NCBI GenBank assembly: GCA_964016885.1
Contig: OZ024740.1
Span: 379,130,001-379,194,000 of the forward strand
Origin: Eledone cirrhosa
Taxonomy: Eukaryota
Length of the DNA: 64,000 bases
Direction: 5' to 3'
In this document: positions 54,000 to 64,000 of the stretch, in pieces
How positions within the stretch are numbered: position 1 is the stretch's first letter
Layout: every line of letters starts with the position of its first letter
Notes under the pieces: model-generated
Told to the model about the DNA's origin: nothing
The model's input: the letters and a program-made list of their open reading frames with translations, nothing else
Databases searched by the model: none
Position numbers and translations under genes: made by a program

Positions 54000-56900
54000 T
54001 TTCTATTTGTTTGGGCATAAAAGATTGGGACAAATACAAGGGGGGGGTTACATACATTTAAAGGACGTGTAAAAAAAATAACAAATCAAATTCAACAATC
54101 GAAGTCATCAATAGGGAGGGGGCGTTGACGTGGGTCGCACACCACCCCGAAAACAATGTGCAAACCTCCTCCTCAGGAGCACAAAGAGCGGGTGCTCCAT
54201 TCCTCTCCTCCTTCTCCTCCTCTCTCACCTACAGGCTGATATAGAAAGAAGGCCCATTCACTCGGGCCATTCTCGCCGCTTTCACCCACCTTTCATAAAA
54301 CTTGCTGGGGTAGAGCACCTCTCTCTCCATTCTGATCCTTCTTCTAAAATGGTATTTGAAAAAAAGGACCAGTTGTTGGCCGGAGAGAAAGGTGTCTGAC
54401 TTCAGCCCTTTCAACCTCGCCACCATACAACCTCTTTCGCGATAGCTATCACACAGAGGAAAACCGCCTCTCATTCGTTTTTGAAGGGGGGGGGGGGGGT
54501 GATCGTTACAATGTACTCGGTGGTCAACCGGATTGGTCCCACCCGCGACAGTAGTCGTTCCACATAGCCCCACAGGTCAGCAACACCCGGGCAGTGTACG
54601 AATGCGTGCGAGACGGTTTCCTCGGGACAGATCTTTTTCACGGGGTCCCTAACCGGGCGCCCGTGTCTGTAGAGCTTGTTCCGCCGTAAGCGCCTGGGCA
54701 CATTCAATGTGCCAGTCGCCCACTTTTTTCGATCTTTCTTTGCTTGACCCAGGATTGCAGCTTAGTGAGTGAGACGAGTCTCGGAAAGGCTCGTCTCACA
54801 AAAGAGGCCCACACCGGTTGACCGGTGAGGAATACTTGAAGGTGCCGTAGCCTTAATGCGTGTCTACACATCGTCAGCCACGGCACCCCCAGCCCCCCGT
54901 TCGAAGGGTGTTGACAGCAGATGGATCTTGTAGAGGTTGTCGTGTATGGACTTGGACGGGATTGCGCATGTCTGCGCTTCTCCCACCAGGTTCCCGACGA
55001 CAAGCGCCAACGTCTTCGCTAACGCCTTTGCCAAAATCTTTAACTCTGTATTTAGCAGAGTTATGGGCCTAAAGTTATCTATGTCATCCCCCTTGTTCTC
55101 GTCCTTCCTCATTAGCGTGACTACGCCCTTGGTCACAGAACTGGGAATTCTCCCGTTCTGTTGCCAGTTGCAGTAGACCGCTTCCAGGAGACCGGAGAAC
55201 AAGTCCGGCAGGGCTACGTAAAATTCGTAGGGTAGACCGTCGAGACCTGGAGATTTGCGTTTGCCGCATTGGCTCGGCGCGTCCTCTATCTCAGCGGCTG
55301 AAATCGGCTTTTTGCAGGACTTTGCCTCCTCGTCCGAGAGCCACGGCAGACGGTCGAGTTATAGACCGAAATCCATGGACTCACCCAGCCCGCCGTCCCT
55401 CCCAAACAGTCGTGCAAAGCGCTGCTGAATGGCCGCGCACATCCTCTCAAGTTCAAGGATCACACGTCGATCCTGGTCCTTCAAAGCCCGAATCGTGGAC
55501 TTGTTTCCACTTTTTGCCTGTCACTCGGGCCCAGCTAGCAGCTTTGGCTCCCTCGTTACCCAGAGCACGTATTTTACTCCTAACAACGCAGCCCTCGTGC
55601 TTCGCGTCAAAGTACTGGTCTAGGGCGGTTCTCGACTCCAGCACGCCGGCCACGTTGCCCCTCCTAATCGCCTCTTCTACTCTATCTATCAATTCCCTTT
55701 CAGTTCTATTCCTATCAAATACTAATTCCTGACTAAAACCTATCGATTCTATTCTAATTGCTCTCTTGAGAGAGGCCCACCACCTGCTGTTGACAATTGC
55801 CCCCGTCAACTGCTGCTTAACTAAAGTGCTAATCCGCTTACTGTAAGCTTTGTTTGTCGCTAAGGACAAGTTTAGCTTCCAGTAACCGGGTCCTTGTCTA
55901 TGGGTTCTATCAAAGCTCTACGCCGGTCTCTAACTTGTGATCCGAATAGTCAACCATGAACATTCGTGGACAGCTTAATATGTCCCTATCCTTATTTTAA
56001 ACTAGGAACCTATCTAGGTACGACCTAGATGTTCCGCTGAGATTAGTCCACGTCCACAGTGGCACAGTCGGAAATCTAGTCGATATCTATCGGCCAGGTC
56101 AAATCGGCCGATTAACTGTTTGAGACTGTTACACTCCCCTTTATCAGGACATACTCCCACATGTTCTCAACGTGCATCTAGGATTCAATTCCAGTCCCCC
56201 ACTAAAAGCAAGCAGCGGGACGTTCCCAGAAAAGTCTCTAGACGTTTGAAGAAGTCTTGCCCCGGTGTCCCGAATGGGGCATATGCGGCCACCAGCCTGA
56301 AGGCTCCACCTTCACTACCGTCAACGTCTAGGACCACCAGTCGACCCTCCGGGTCCAGATGTATCGTCTGTATTACGAGGTCCAGGTGTTTCCGCAGCAA
56401 AACGGCAACCCCGCCCCCACCTCCCGGCTGACAGAGAGATGCGTAGATCTCAAAGTCGTCGAAGATGGGGGCCAGCTGTCGCTCGCTGTGGATCCTGGCT
56501 CGCAAAGGACTACTACATCCATACTGTGCAACCTGAGGTCGTTTAAGAATTTGCCCTGTTTCCAGGGCATCTCCAGGCCGCGTACATTCACACATCCAAT
56601 TCTTATATTGGCCATGTTGTTGCTGAAAAATTAAAAGAAGAAGAAAAGAAATCACTCACCTCTTCGTCACCTGGCGACCAGGCTGCACAATGTGCATGGG
56701 GGTGTTGGAGGGGTTGTTTGGTAGGGTGGTGGTTCCTGGCGGGGTGGGGACAGAGATGTTTGGTGGGGAGGGGGTGTCTGGGTGGGGGTAGGGAAACGTT
56801 TCAAGAGGACGCGGTTCGTTTGGAGTGTTGTCATTGTTTTGTTTTCGGGAGGGGGGATTTTTGTTTGTCATGTTTGTGTTGTTTGTGTTGGTGGTTGTGT

Positions 56901-57086
56901 GTTTGTTGCCTTTTTGTTCGTGTTATGTCTTTTTTTCTTGGGGGGGGGGGGGGGGGGGGTTCTCCCTCATCATCATTCAGTGATGACGAGGGGGCTTCGT
57001 CCGTTGTGGTGTCTGTTTGATTGGGGAGGGGTACGTTTTGGGGATCTGTTATGCTTGTGGGTGATTTTGGAGTTGTTTTAGGTGGG
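54000..57086 (-). mobile_element. Tx1/L1-clade LINE copy C (5'-truncated in ORF1, internally deleted RT)
   Basis: MANIRIGCVNVRGL at 56615, APE and RT N-terminal motifs. A junction at ~54929 joins IHDNL to RSICCQHPSNGGLG. Followed by GATAGATAGATAG at 57087-57100. Confidence 0.9.
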
Positions 57087-58399
57087 GGATAGATAGATAG
57101 GTGGAGAGAGAAAGAGAGAGTGCGTGTGAGAGATCTTGAATACGACACATGGTTTAATGGTACTTTACAGTGTAGTTATGTCCTATCTGGAGGTATCTCA
57201 CTTTACTTTATCAATAAGAAATAACCCGGATGTATTAACATTTTGATTAGACTGATCTGTACCAACAGTTAAATTTCCCTTTACGTTTGCAGATTAAGTG
57301 CTGTACATTGGAGAATGAGTCTCATATTTGTGAATAACTAAATAACTAAATGAAATTAGATGAATCGAAATAGCCATGAAGATGTTACATTTCCTAAGGG
57401 AGTAAAGTTGCTGATTACTTCTGCTGTTTAACAATAGAATCCAGATGAATAATCGATCAAAATAATTATAGAAATGGTATTTATGGATAATCTGAGAAAT
57501 CATTGGGAATTAATTGAATTCTATATGATTTTGAAGAATTTAATGAATATGGAAATCAAAATAGGATGATTACGATGGATCTTGGGCAAGTAGCCAATAA
57601 GATTTGAAATGGTCTTTAAGCAGAACCCTGAAATAAATATGTAAATTATAATTATAATGTAAAGGGGGATTTCGCATAGTTCTAGTCAAGATTGCAATTC
57701 AATACTGGATTTTCCCAAGAGATATTTGATATGACAAATATTACGTTTGGTTAAAATTTGACAATTTTAGAACACCCAAAATAAGCTTATTTTGACTATG
57801 TGCGTATTTGATTATATATGTGCGTGGGGACAAATGTGTCTGTATCAGACCTGTCAACTCTCCCAATCCACTTTCGGGTGGGTGAGGGATGTCTTCTCTT
57901 GTGAAAATGGGTATAGCTTTCATTATGTAAAATCTCCCCATTTTGCCTCATTTCTCCCCGTTTTGGGGCACTTTTTTTTCATGGTACTTTTCCTTTGGGT
58001 GTTTAGAGGTTGCCAGGTCTGCTGTATATTATGCCGCTGTGTGTCACATTTCAAGTAAACGTGAATCAGTTATGTGAGAAAGATATGTGAAATACCTGAT
58101 TCGACCATGAATGAGCTATGTGGAATAGTCGAACATCGAATCGACTCTGCTTCGTAAAGACACTTTTTTGTAAGAAATACATGTAAACATTCATTACTTT
58201 TATGCTGGTGCTTTTTTATGTGTATGTATGGATCCATAGCACTTACTGGAATTGTAGGAGTGCTGTGGTGGCATTCTAAACTTGACGGAGCCCATAACTT
58301 TCCAGTTCAAAACAGCCGATTTCTTTCTTTATGAGAAGAGCGAGACAGGGTAGGGAGGAAATGAAAAAGTGATATATAGGATGAATCGAACCAAGTATT

Positions 58400-58540
58400 G
58401 GACTAGTACCTTTTTCTATCGACCGCGAAAGGATGTAAGCCAAAGTTGACTTCGGCGGGATTTGAACTCAGGGTGCAGAGAGCCAGAAAGAATACAGCAA
58501 AGCATTTTATCCGATGTTTTAACGATTCTGCCAAGTCATC
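58400..58540 (-). mobile_element. tRNA-derived SINE (divergent subfamily)
   Basis: TGGCAGAATCGTT A-box, GAGTTCAAATCC B-box, CTTTGGCTTACATCCTTT core. Confidence 0.75.
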
Positions 58541-58656
58541 GCATACATGCTTGTATGTTTGTCTAAACATGCATATATAGGTACGTACACACATACACAC
58601 ACGCACACATCAGACACACACATAAACAGCATATATATATATATATATATATGCAA

Positions 58657-59134
58657 CATGAACAACAACAACAATAATAATAACAATAACAATAATATAA
58701 ACAACAACTCAAAGAAAACATTCGCAGGAACTGTTGCTAAAGTCACCCAAATGTTCAAATTGGATATTTTGAACAAAGATATCTGTTTGACACAAGCGAC
58801 CGAACTTGTCAAATTTGACAAACCTAGGGCCGACATAGCTGGCCCCAAAATTCTTACATATAACAGTATTTCGTTACAAACCAAACGGCTAGATTCAGTA
58901 CCTTCTCATGAACTTGAAACAGCGCTGAAAATCATAGAGGCGGATATCCAGTACATTACTAGGACCAGGCGATTTGGTACTGTTTCGGTATTCTTCAAGA
59001 GTGATGGTCTGACCGTGAAACATTCTGTGTTCCTCTGCTGGACAGACAAAGTTATACTCTATTCGACGTACCTGGAAAGAAGGACCGTAAATGTGAGAAT
59101 TGTGGGAATCCCGCTAGTGCTGGGTGTCAGGTGA
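58657..59134 (+). pseudogene. Divergent Tx1-like ORF1 fragment
   Basis: DIQYITRTRRFGTVSVFF and LYSTYLERRTVNVRIVGI align with DIAFIQRSKLFGSISVLM and FFPTYMGKRTQKIRITSV of copy B ORF1. Asn-rich start and KTFA motif. Confidence 0.6.
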
Positions 59135-59754
59135 AGAGGACAAAAAGAGAAAGCTGCGACTCCACGGGGAGTTACGAGTCCATACATATATACACGACGG
59201 TCGGCTGTAAAATTCATAAGTTGAGCAAGATTCTTTCATGGAATGACCAAATGGGGTTTAGTTTTCAACATAATCCCTGGATAATTAATGCTTGCAATAT
59301 TTCACAGCTCTAGCGTCCCTCATTCATAGTCTGCCTCGACCCTCGTATACCAGTGAATAAACATGCTGTGAAATACATGTATTCGTTCACCTGTAATGTT
59401 TGTCATCATATATTCACATATGCATGGCTAACGTGTAGTAGCTAGATTACGGTGTGTAGCATATTTTTTCAATTTAGTAAGTGCTCTTATAAGAAAAAGG
59501 CGCATGTGTTCTCAATATATTTTTCCACGTTTCACAAGGAAGAGTAAATATTGGCTGTCAGGTAGACTAATTGCCGGTGGGAATTAAAGGAGAAAAAATC
59601 TTTTATTTTGAGTTGTAATATCAACTATATCAAAGTATGTGCTTTCGGCGGACTTGCTTTCTACATCCTACTTAGTATAACCTTAGTAGTAGTTTGTTTT
59701 CTGTTGTATAGACAAATATCTTCTTTCACACACTTATATATATGTGTGTGTATG

Positions 59755-60842
59755 TAAGGTCTGTCGAAAATATATCCGATCTTATTTTTTCCCCGTGGGA
59801 TGTAATAGCGTTAGGAAGACAAAAGTGTCGAAAGTGGGACCGCATATATGCATGCGCGTTTGTTTGGCCAGCTTGCTGGATTCGTCAGTTACTGTTTGGC
59901 AGCAAGTATGTGAAGCATTGTTTTACTTGTCACATATTTACTTCGCCCGATACTGCCAATAAGGATCCTGATTTCCTCAATACCGTGATAACTAGCAATA
60001 AGACTTGAGTGTACGGGTACGACTAAAGCTCATTCATCACAATACATACATCCAACATCACCAAGGACCCGAAAATCACGTCGGATGCGGAGCATGATCA
60101 ATGCGATGTTCACTGATTTCATCAAGCATTGTGCATCACGAATACGCATCAGAAACAAAAGAATACTATTAGGAGTTCATGCGACGTGATTCATTTCGGC
60201 GCAAGAAACGGTATCTATGTGTGCCGCAAAAACAAACAACTGCATCATGACAACACTAACTCTCATTTGTTGCAGCTAAGATTTCTTGGTAAACAAAGGC
60301 ATTTCGCTCCTCATTCGCCAGACATGGCTCTTTCTGCTTCTTCTCACAAATAATTGTTTCTACTTTTGGTACATGGCCAGCAATTATCCTAGCGCATTAC
60401 TGGTACTTCATTTTATCGACCTCGTAAGGATGAAAGGCAAAGTTAACCTCGACGGGATTTGAACTCAGACCGTAAAGGGACGTAACTATGCTGGAAAGCA
60501 TGGCGTCCAACCCTCTACCGATACTGCCAATTCATCGTGTGTGTGTGTGAGTGCGTGCGTATGTGTGTGTGTAAATATATATATATATATGCATATACTT
60601 ACACACACACACTTACACACATACACACAGCGGGATTTGAACTCAAACCGTAAAGAGCCGTAACTATGCTGCAAAGCACGTTGTTCGACGCTCTACTAAT
60701 ACTGCCAATCTACTCACAAATAATGGCTCCCGCTCTGAGAGTCGAGAGACCATCATGCAGGCTGCAGCGACGGAATTGGGAACCATTCCGGAAGAACCAT
60801 TCCAGCTTGAACAGTGGGAAAATCGCTTGGGTCTGTGTGTGT

Positions 60843-60879
<37 letters not shown>

Positions 60880-60960
60880 TGTCTGCGTGTGTGTGGAGGA
60901 GTGCACCAAATACGTAATACATACCAAACACAAGGTCGGGTACATTTTCGACATACCTCA
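59755..60960 (+). mobile_element. Old mariner relic with nested SINEs
   Basis: TIRs AGGTCTGTCGAAAATATATCCGATCTT / AAGGTCGGGTACATTTTCGACATACCT. Fragments DPDFLNTVIT, VYGYD, LHHDN, PHSPDMA. SINEs at 60348-60712 with TSD CTCACAAATAAT. Confidence 0.8.
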
Positions 60961-61342
60961 TGTGTGTGTGTGTGTGTGTATACACATATATATATATGTA
61001 CACATGCACTCGTACATAACACTCTTTCTCTCTCTCTCTCTTTCGCTTTCCCTGCCACCCCCCTCTCTCTTTGTATATGTATACGTGCGATTAAATGTTG
61101 GATTAATATCAAACGTTCTGTTTTCTTTTCTTAAGGTGTGTTATAGGCATGTCAGCATGTCAGATCTCATTATTCACAAATCTGTTGATTACGGCCAGCT
61201 TTTGTTGATTCAAGCATCATATGAAACGAAATGTACAAACCTTACAGTTTTAGTTTGTCGGGGGGCTCCCCACAAACATTTAATATTCATATATGTACAT
61301 ACATATAAACATAGATACATACATTATATATATATATATAAA

Positions 61343-61397
<55 letters not shown>

Positions 61398-61544
61398 TTT
61401 GCAACGGGTCACTTTGTCGGAGATTTCTTCATAGAAGCCTTTATTCTTATAGCTTGGTCTAATCGATTTTTTATATGGTTAATTATGCTAATTGGGAGAG
61501 GAAATGGTATATATTTTATCTGGTGATTCTATAGACATGTTTTA

Positions 61545-61578
<34 letters not shown>

Positions 61579-61730
61579 GGAAAAAATGAAATTTTATTTC
61601 TCACTCTTAGTACGGCTGATACCTAAATATAAGTATTTATACGTACATACATATATGTATACAGACGTACAGTAGTATGTATATACATACATACATACAC
61701 ACATATATATATATATACGTATGGGTTTAC

Positions 61731-61816
61731 CGAACGTTTATTATAATGCTCGGTTTGTTTGTAAACAAACAACCCGAATCATTAGCCGTACAGTGTTCGG
61801 CAACCATCGTTGCCAT
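61731..61816 (-). other. Possible first coding exon of a host gene (unverified)
   Basis: CAAAATGG start context, open frame MATMVAEHCTANDSGCLFTNKPSIIINV, donor CG/GTAAAC, and upstream CCAAT and TGACGTA motifs in non-repetitive sequence. Confidence 0.2.
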
Positions 61817-62170
61817 TTTGTTTGACACTGACAAAGGAACGACGAACTAGTTTCTAGCTTATTAGCTGTCGTCAGCATCGTATACCTTCTTGTCAGTTGA
61901 TTGAACGTTTTAAAGTATATACTTTCCTTAATATGGTAAAACATTGCTCCGGCAAATGCGGGTTCATGTCCCATGTACGTCAATAATCATCCTTTTTTCC
62001 AATCAGAGGGTTTTTTTTAATCCCAACTAACAGACTAATTCTATTTAGTCAAATACGGCGTAAGCACATGTTACTACCTAATTTTCAATTTCGCTAGCTG
62101 TTTATAAATAAAGCCTGCTTATAAGAAAAGGAAAGCCTACTATAAGAAAAGGAAAGTTAGGATTCTATAC

Positions 62171-62233
<63 letters not shown>

Positions 62234-62286
62234 GTATATAGAGAGAGTGTGAGGGTGTATTTATATACAACAGTACACACATGTGA

Positions 62287-62317
<31 letters not shown>

Positions 62318-62643
62318 TATAAACAGCATGACTTGGCAAGCTATTTAGAACACTGGTTTAACCGCTTTACTTCCCTCCGAAGAAGAGATATTATCTCGAA
62401 AATTAAGGACATTTAAATAAATCTAAGGTAAAAGACTAATTGTCAACAATATCTTTTGCATTTGCATTCTTTATTCTATGTCCATACCTGCATTGTTTTG
62501 GCTTTATTATACATATACAAACGTTTATACCTCATTACACAATGCTTCAAGTGAACTATAACCTCCCCCATATGTATATATATAAATATATAAATATATA
62601 TATATATTTATATATAAACCACAGACCCGCCATCTCAACTCTA

Positions 62644-62679
62644 CTTTTGAAAAGCAGAAGAACTGCGAAACCGGTAAAG
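62644..62679 (+). ncRNA. U3-A8 variant hammerhead, single-arm copy of the 6448 family (element ~62617-62752)
   Basis: CTT TTGAAAA GCAG aagaa CTGC GAAA CCGG TA AAG; stem II is 4 bp. Confidence 0.7.
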
Positions 62680-62748
62680 GAACTAAATAAATATATATAT
62701 TTTAAAAAAAATAAGACTCCAGTTGCATTTTCGATTTCATCTTTTTTT

Positions 62749-62801
<53 letters not shown>

Positions 62802-62804
62802 TTT

Positions 62805-64000
62805 TATATGAAATCGTGTGTCGAAACAAATATTGTTATACTTGGGGAGGGTCATGTTGTTGTAATAATTGTTTCTACTTTTGGCACAAGACCAGCAAAT
62901 ACCCAGTGTATTACTAGTACTTTATTTTATCGACCCCGTAAGGATGAAAGGCAAAGTTAACCTCGGCGGGATTTGAACTCAAAATGTAAAGGGACGTAAC
63001 TATGCTAGAAAGCATGGTGTCCAACCCTCTACCGATACTGCCAATTGTAATAATATTGCCAGAATTAATAACAGAACACACTCACTGTTTGGTTGGTTTT
63101 CGCTTCTGTATATTTTACATCAGTTAATTTATTCGGTCCTCAATGTTTACCATTGACTGACCAACGGTCAAAAATACAGATATAATATAGACACAAACAC
63201 ATAAATATAGTCTAACAAAGTTCTTTCGTTGCACATCTGCAGCATCGTCAGTGGTGCTATTATGTTTCCTCCTGTTGTATTGTATGTCTACGCCATCTTT
63301 ATTTAATCTGTTTATTTATTTATTTTTGTCTTCTTCTCTGCGCATGCGTTTGCGTGTGTGTATAGTGTTTGATGTGTGTTCGCGTTTGGGTGACTGTGTT
63401 TTGGTTATTGCATTCTATTTTAGTTTACTAGTGTGTGTTTATATGTGTTTGTTGTTATTGTGCTTGTGTATATATTTATTTATTTATATTTCTCTTAGGT
63501 CAGTATTGTTTGTTTGGGTGTTGTTGTTATTCCATTCATTTTTTCTGTTTAGTTTTGGCCTTCTAAGTTCTATTTCACTGGCCTCTCTGATTTGCCTATC
63601 TGCTGGGTCATTTCTATGTTTCGATATTATTTTAATTTCTATGTTGTCTATGTTTCCGTCATGTTGTTGTCTGGCGTGTTCGTATCGTAGTGAACCGTTT
63701 TTTCTTCCTTTTAGTTCCCCCCATGCTACGAGCTGTCTCGCCTATGTATGTTGTTGTCATGTTTCTGCAAGTACCCTCTGTACATCTTATGCTATAGACT
63801 ACGTTTCTAGTTTTACAGTTTATCGGGGGGTTTACTTTACATATAATACATTTCCTATTAGTACAGTGGGTTTTCTTAAAAGGGTATTTTTGCTGATCAG
63901 GGATTTTATGGTGGTTCCTGGCTTTTCTACCACCTTAATCTTTAAGTAGGTCTTTCTCAGGGCCTTTCTACACTGGTTAGCTAATTTCCCTCCAGGGGTA
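62805..64000 (-). mobile_element. Second Penelope-like element, 3' end (GIY-YIG endonuclease plus pLTR); continues beyond the window
   Basis: Minus strand ~64000-63525 reads TPGGKLA..KIKVVEKPGTTI, C..CIIC, NVVYSIRC...YIGETARS, EHARQQH, DRQIREA, KLNRKNEW. Hammerhead CTGACGA T GCTGCA gatg TGCAAC GAAA at 63214-63254. SINE at 62865-63045 with TSD TTGTAATAAT. Confidence 0.85.

Noticed and set aside
60755-61462. 235-aa ORF
   Set aside because: It is a composite of a mariner C-terminal relic and microsatellites.
63251-63949. 232-aa hydrophobic plus-strand ORF resembling a membrane protein
   Set aside because: It is the antisense shadow of the A-rich Penelope endonuclease and 3' region on the minus strand.

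Overview
This is AT-rich, repeat-saturated animal genomic DNA, most likely octopus (inferred from tRNA-derived OK/Meta-type and OR1/OR2-like SINEs and the extreme microsatellite load). No host gene is established. Most ORFs in the track are microsatellite translations, and the rest are retroelement or transposon relics: a Helitron helicase remnant (~0.8-1.2 kb), an R4/Dong-like LINE (11.9-15.6 kb), RTE LINEs with C-terminal C2H2 fingers plus bipartite derivatives, a CRE-like 3' end, two mariners, two Penelope-like elements with GIY-YIG endonucleases (29-32 kb; 62.8-64 kb), and a head-to-tail array of three Tx1-like LINEs separated by (GATA)n (45.8-57.1 kb). The most striking signal is non-coding. 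More than a dozen minimal type-I hammerhead-ribozyme motifs, some intact, some degenerate and some with a compensatory U3-A8 core, lie in short fold-back or circularly permuted elements embedded in (TA)n tracts. They look like a Penelope-mobilised retrozyme system. Each retroelement clade here is also associated with its own microsatellite motif. All calls come from manual motif reading, and coordinates of degenerate elements are approximate.
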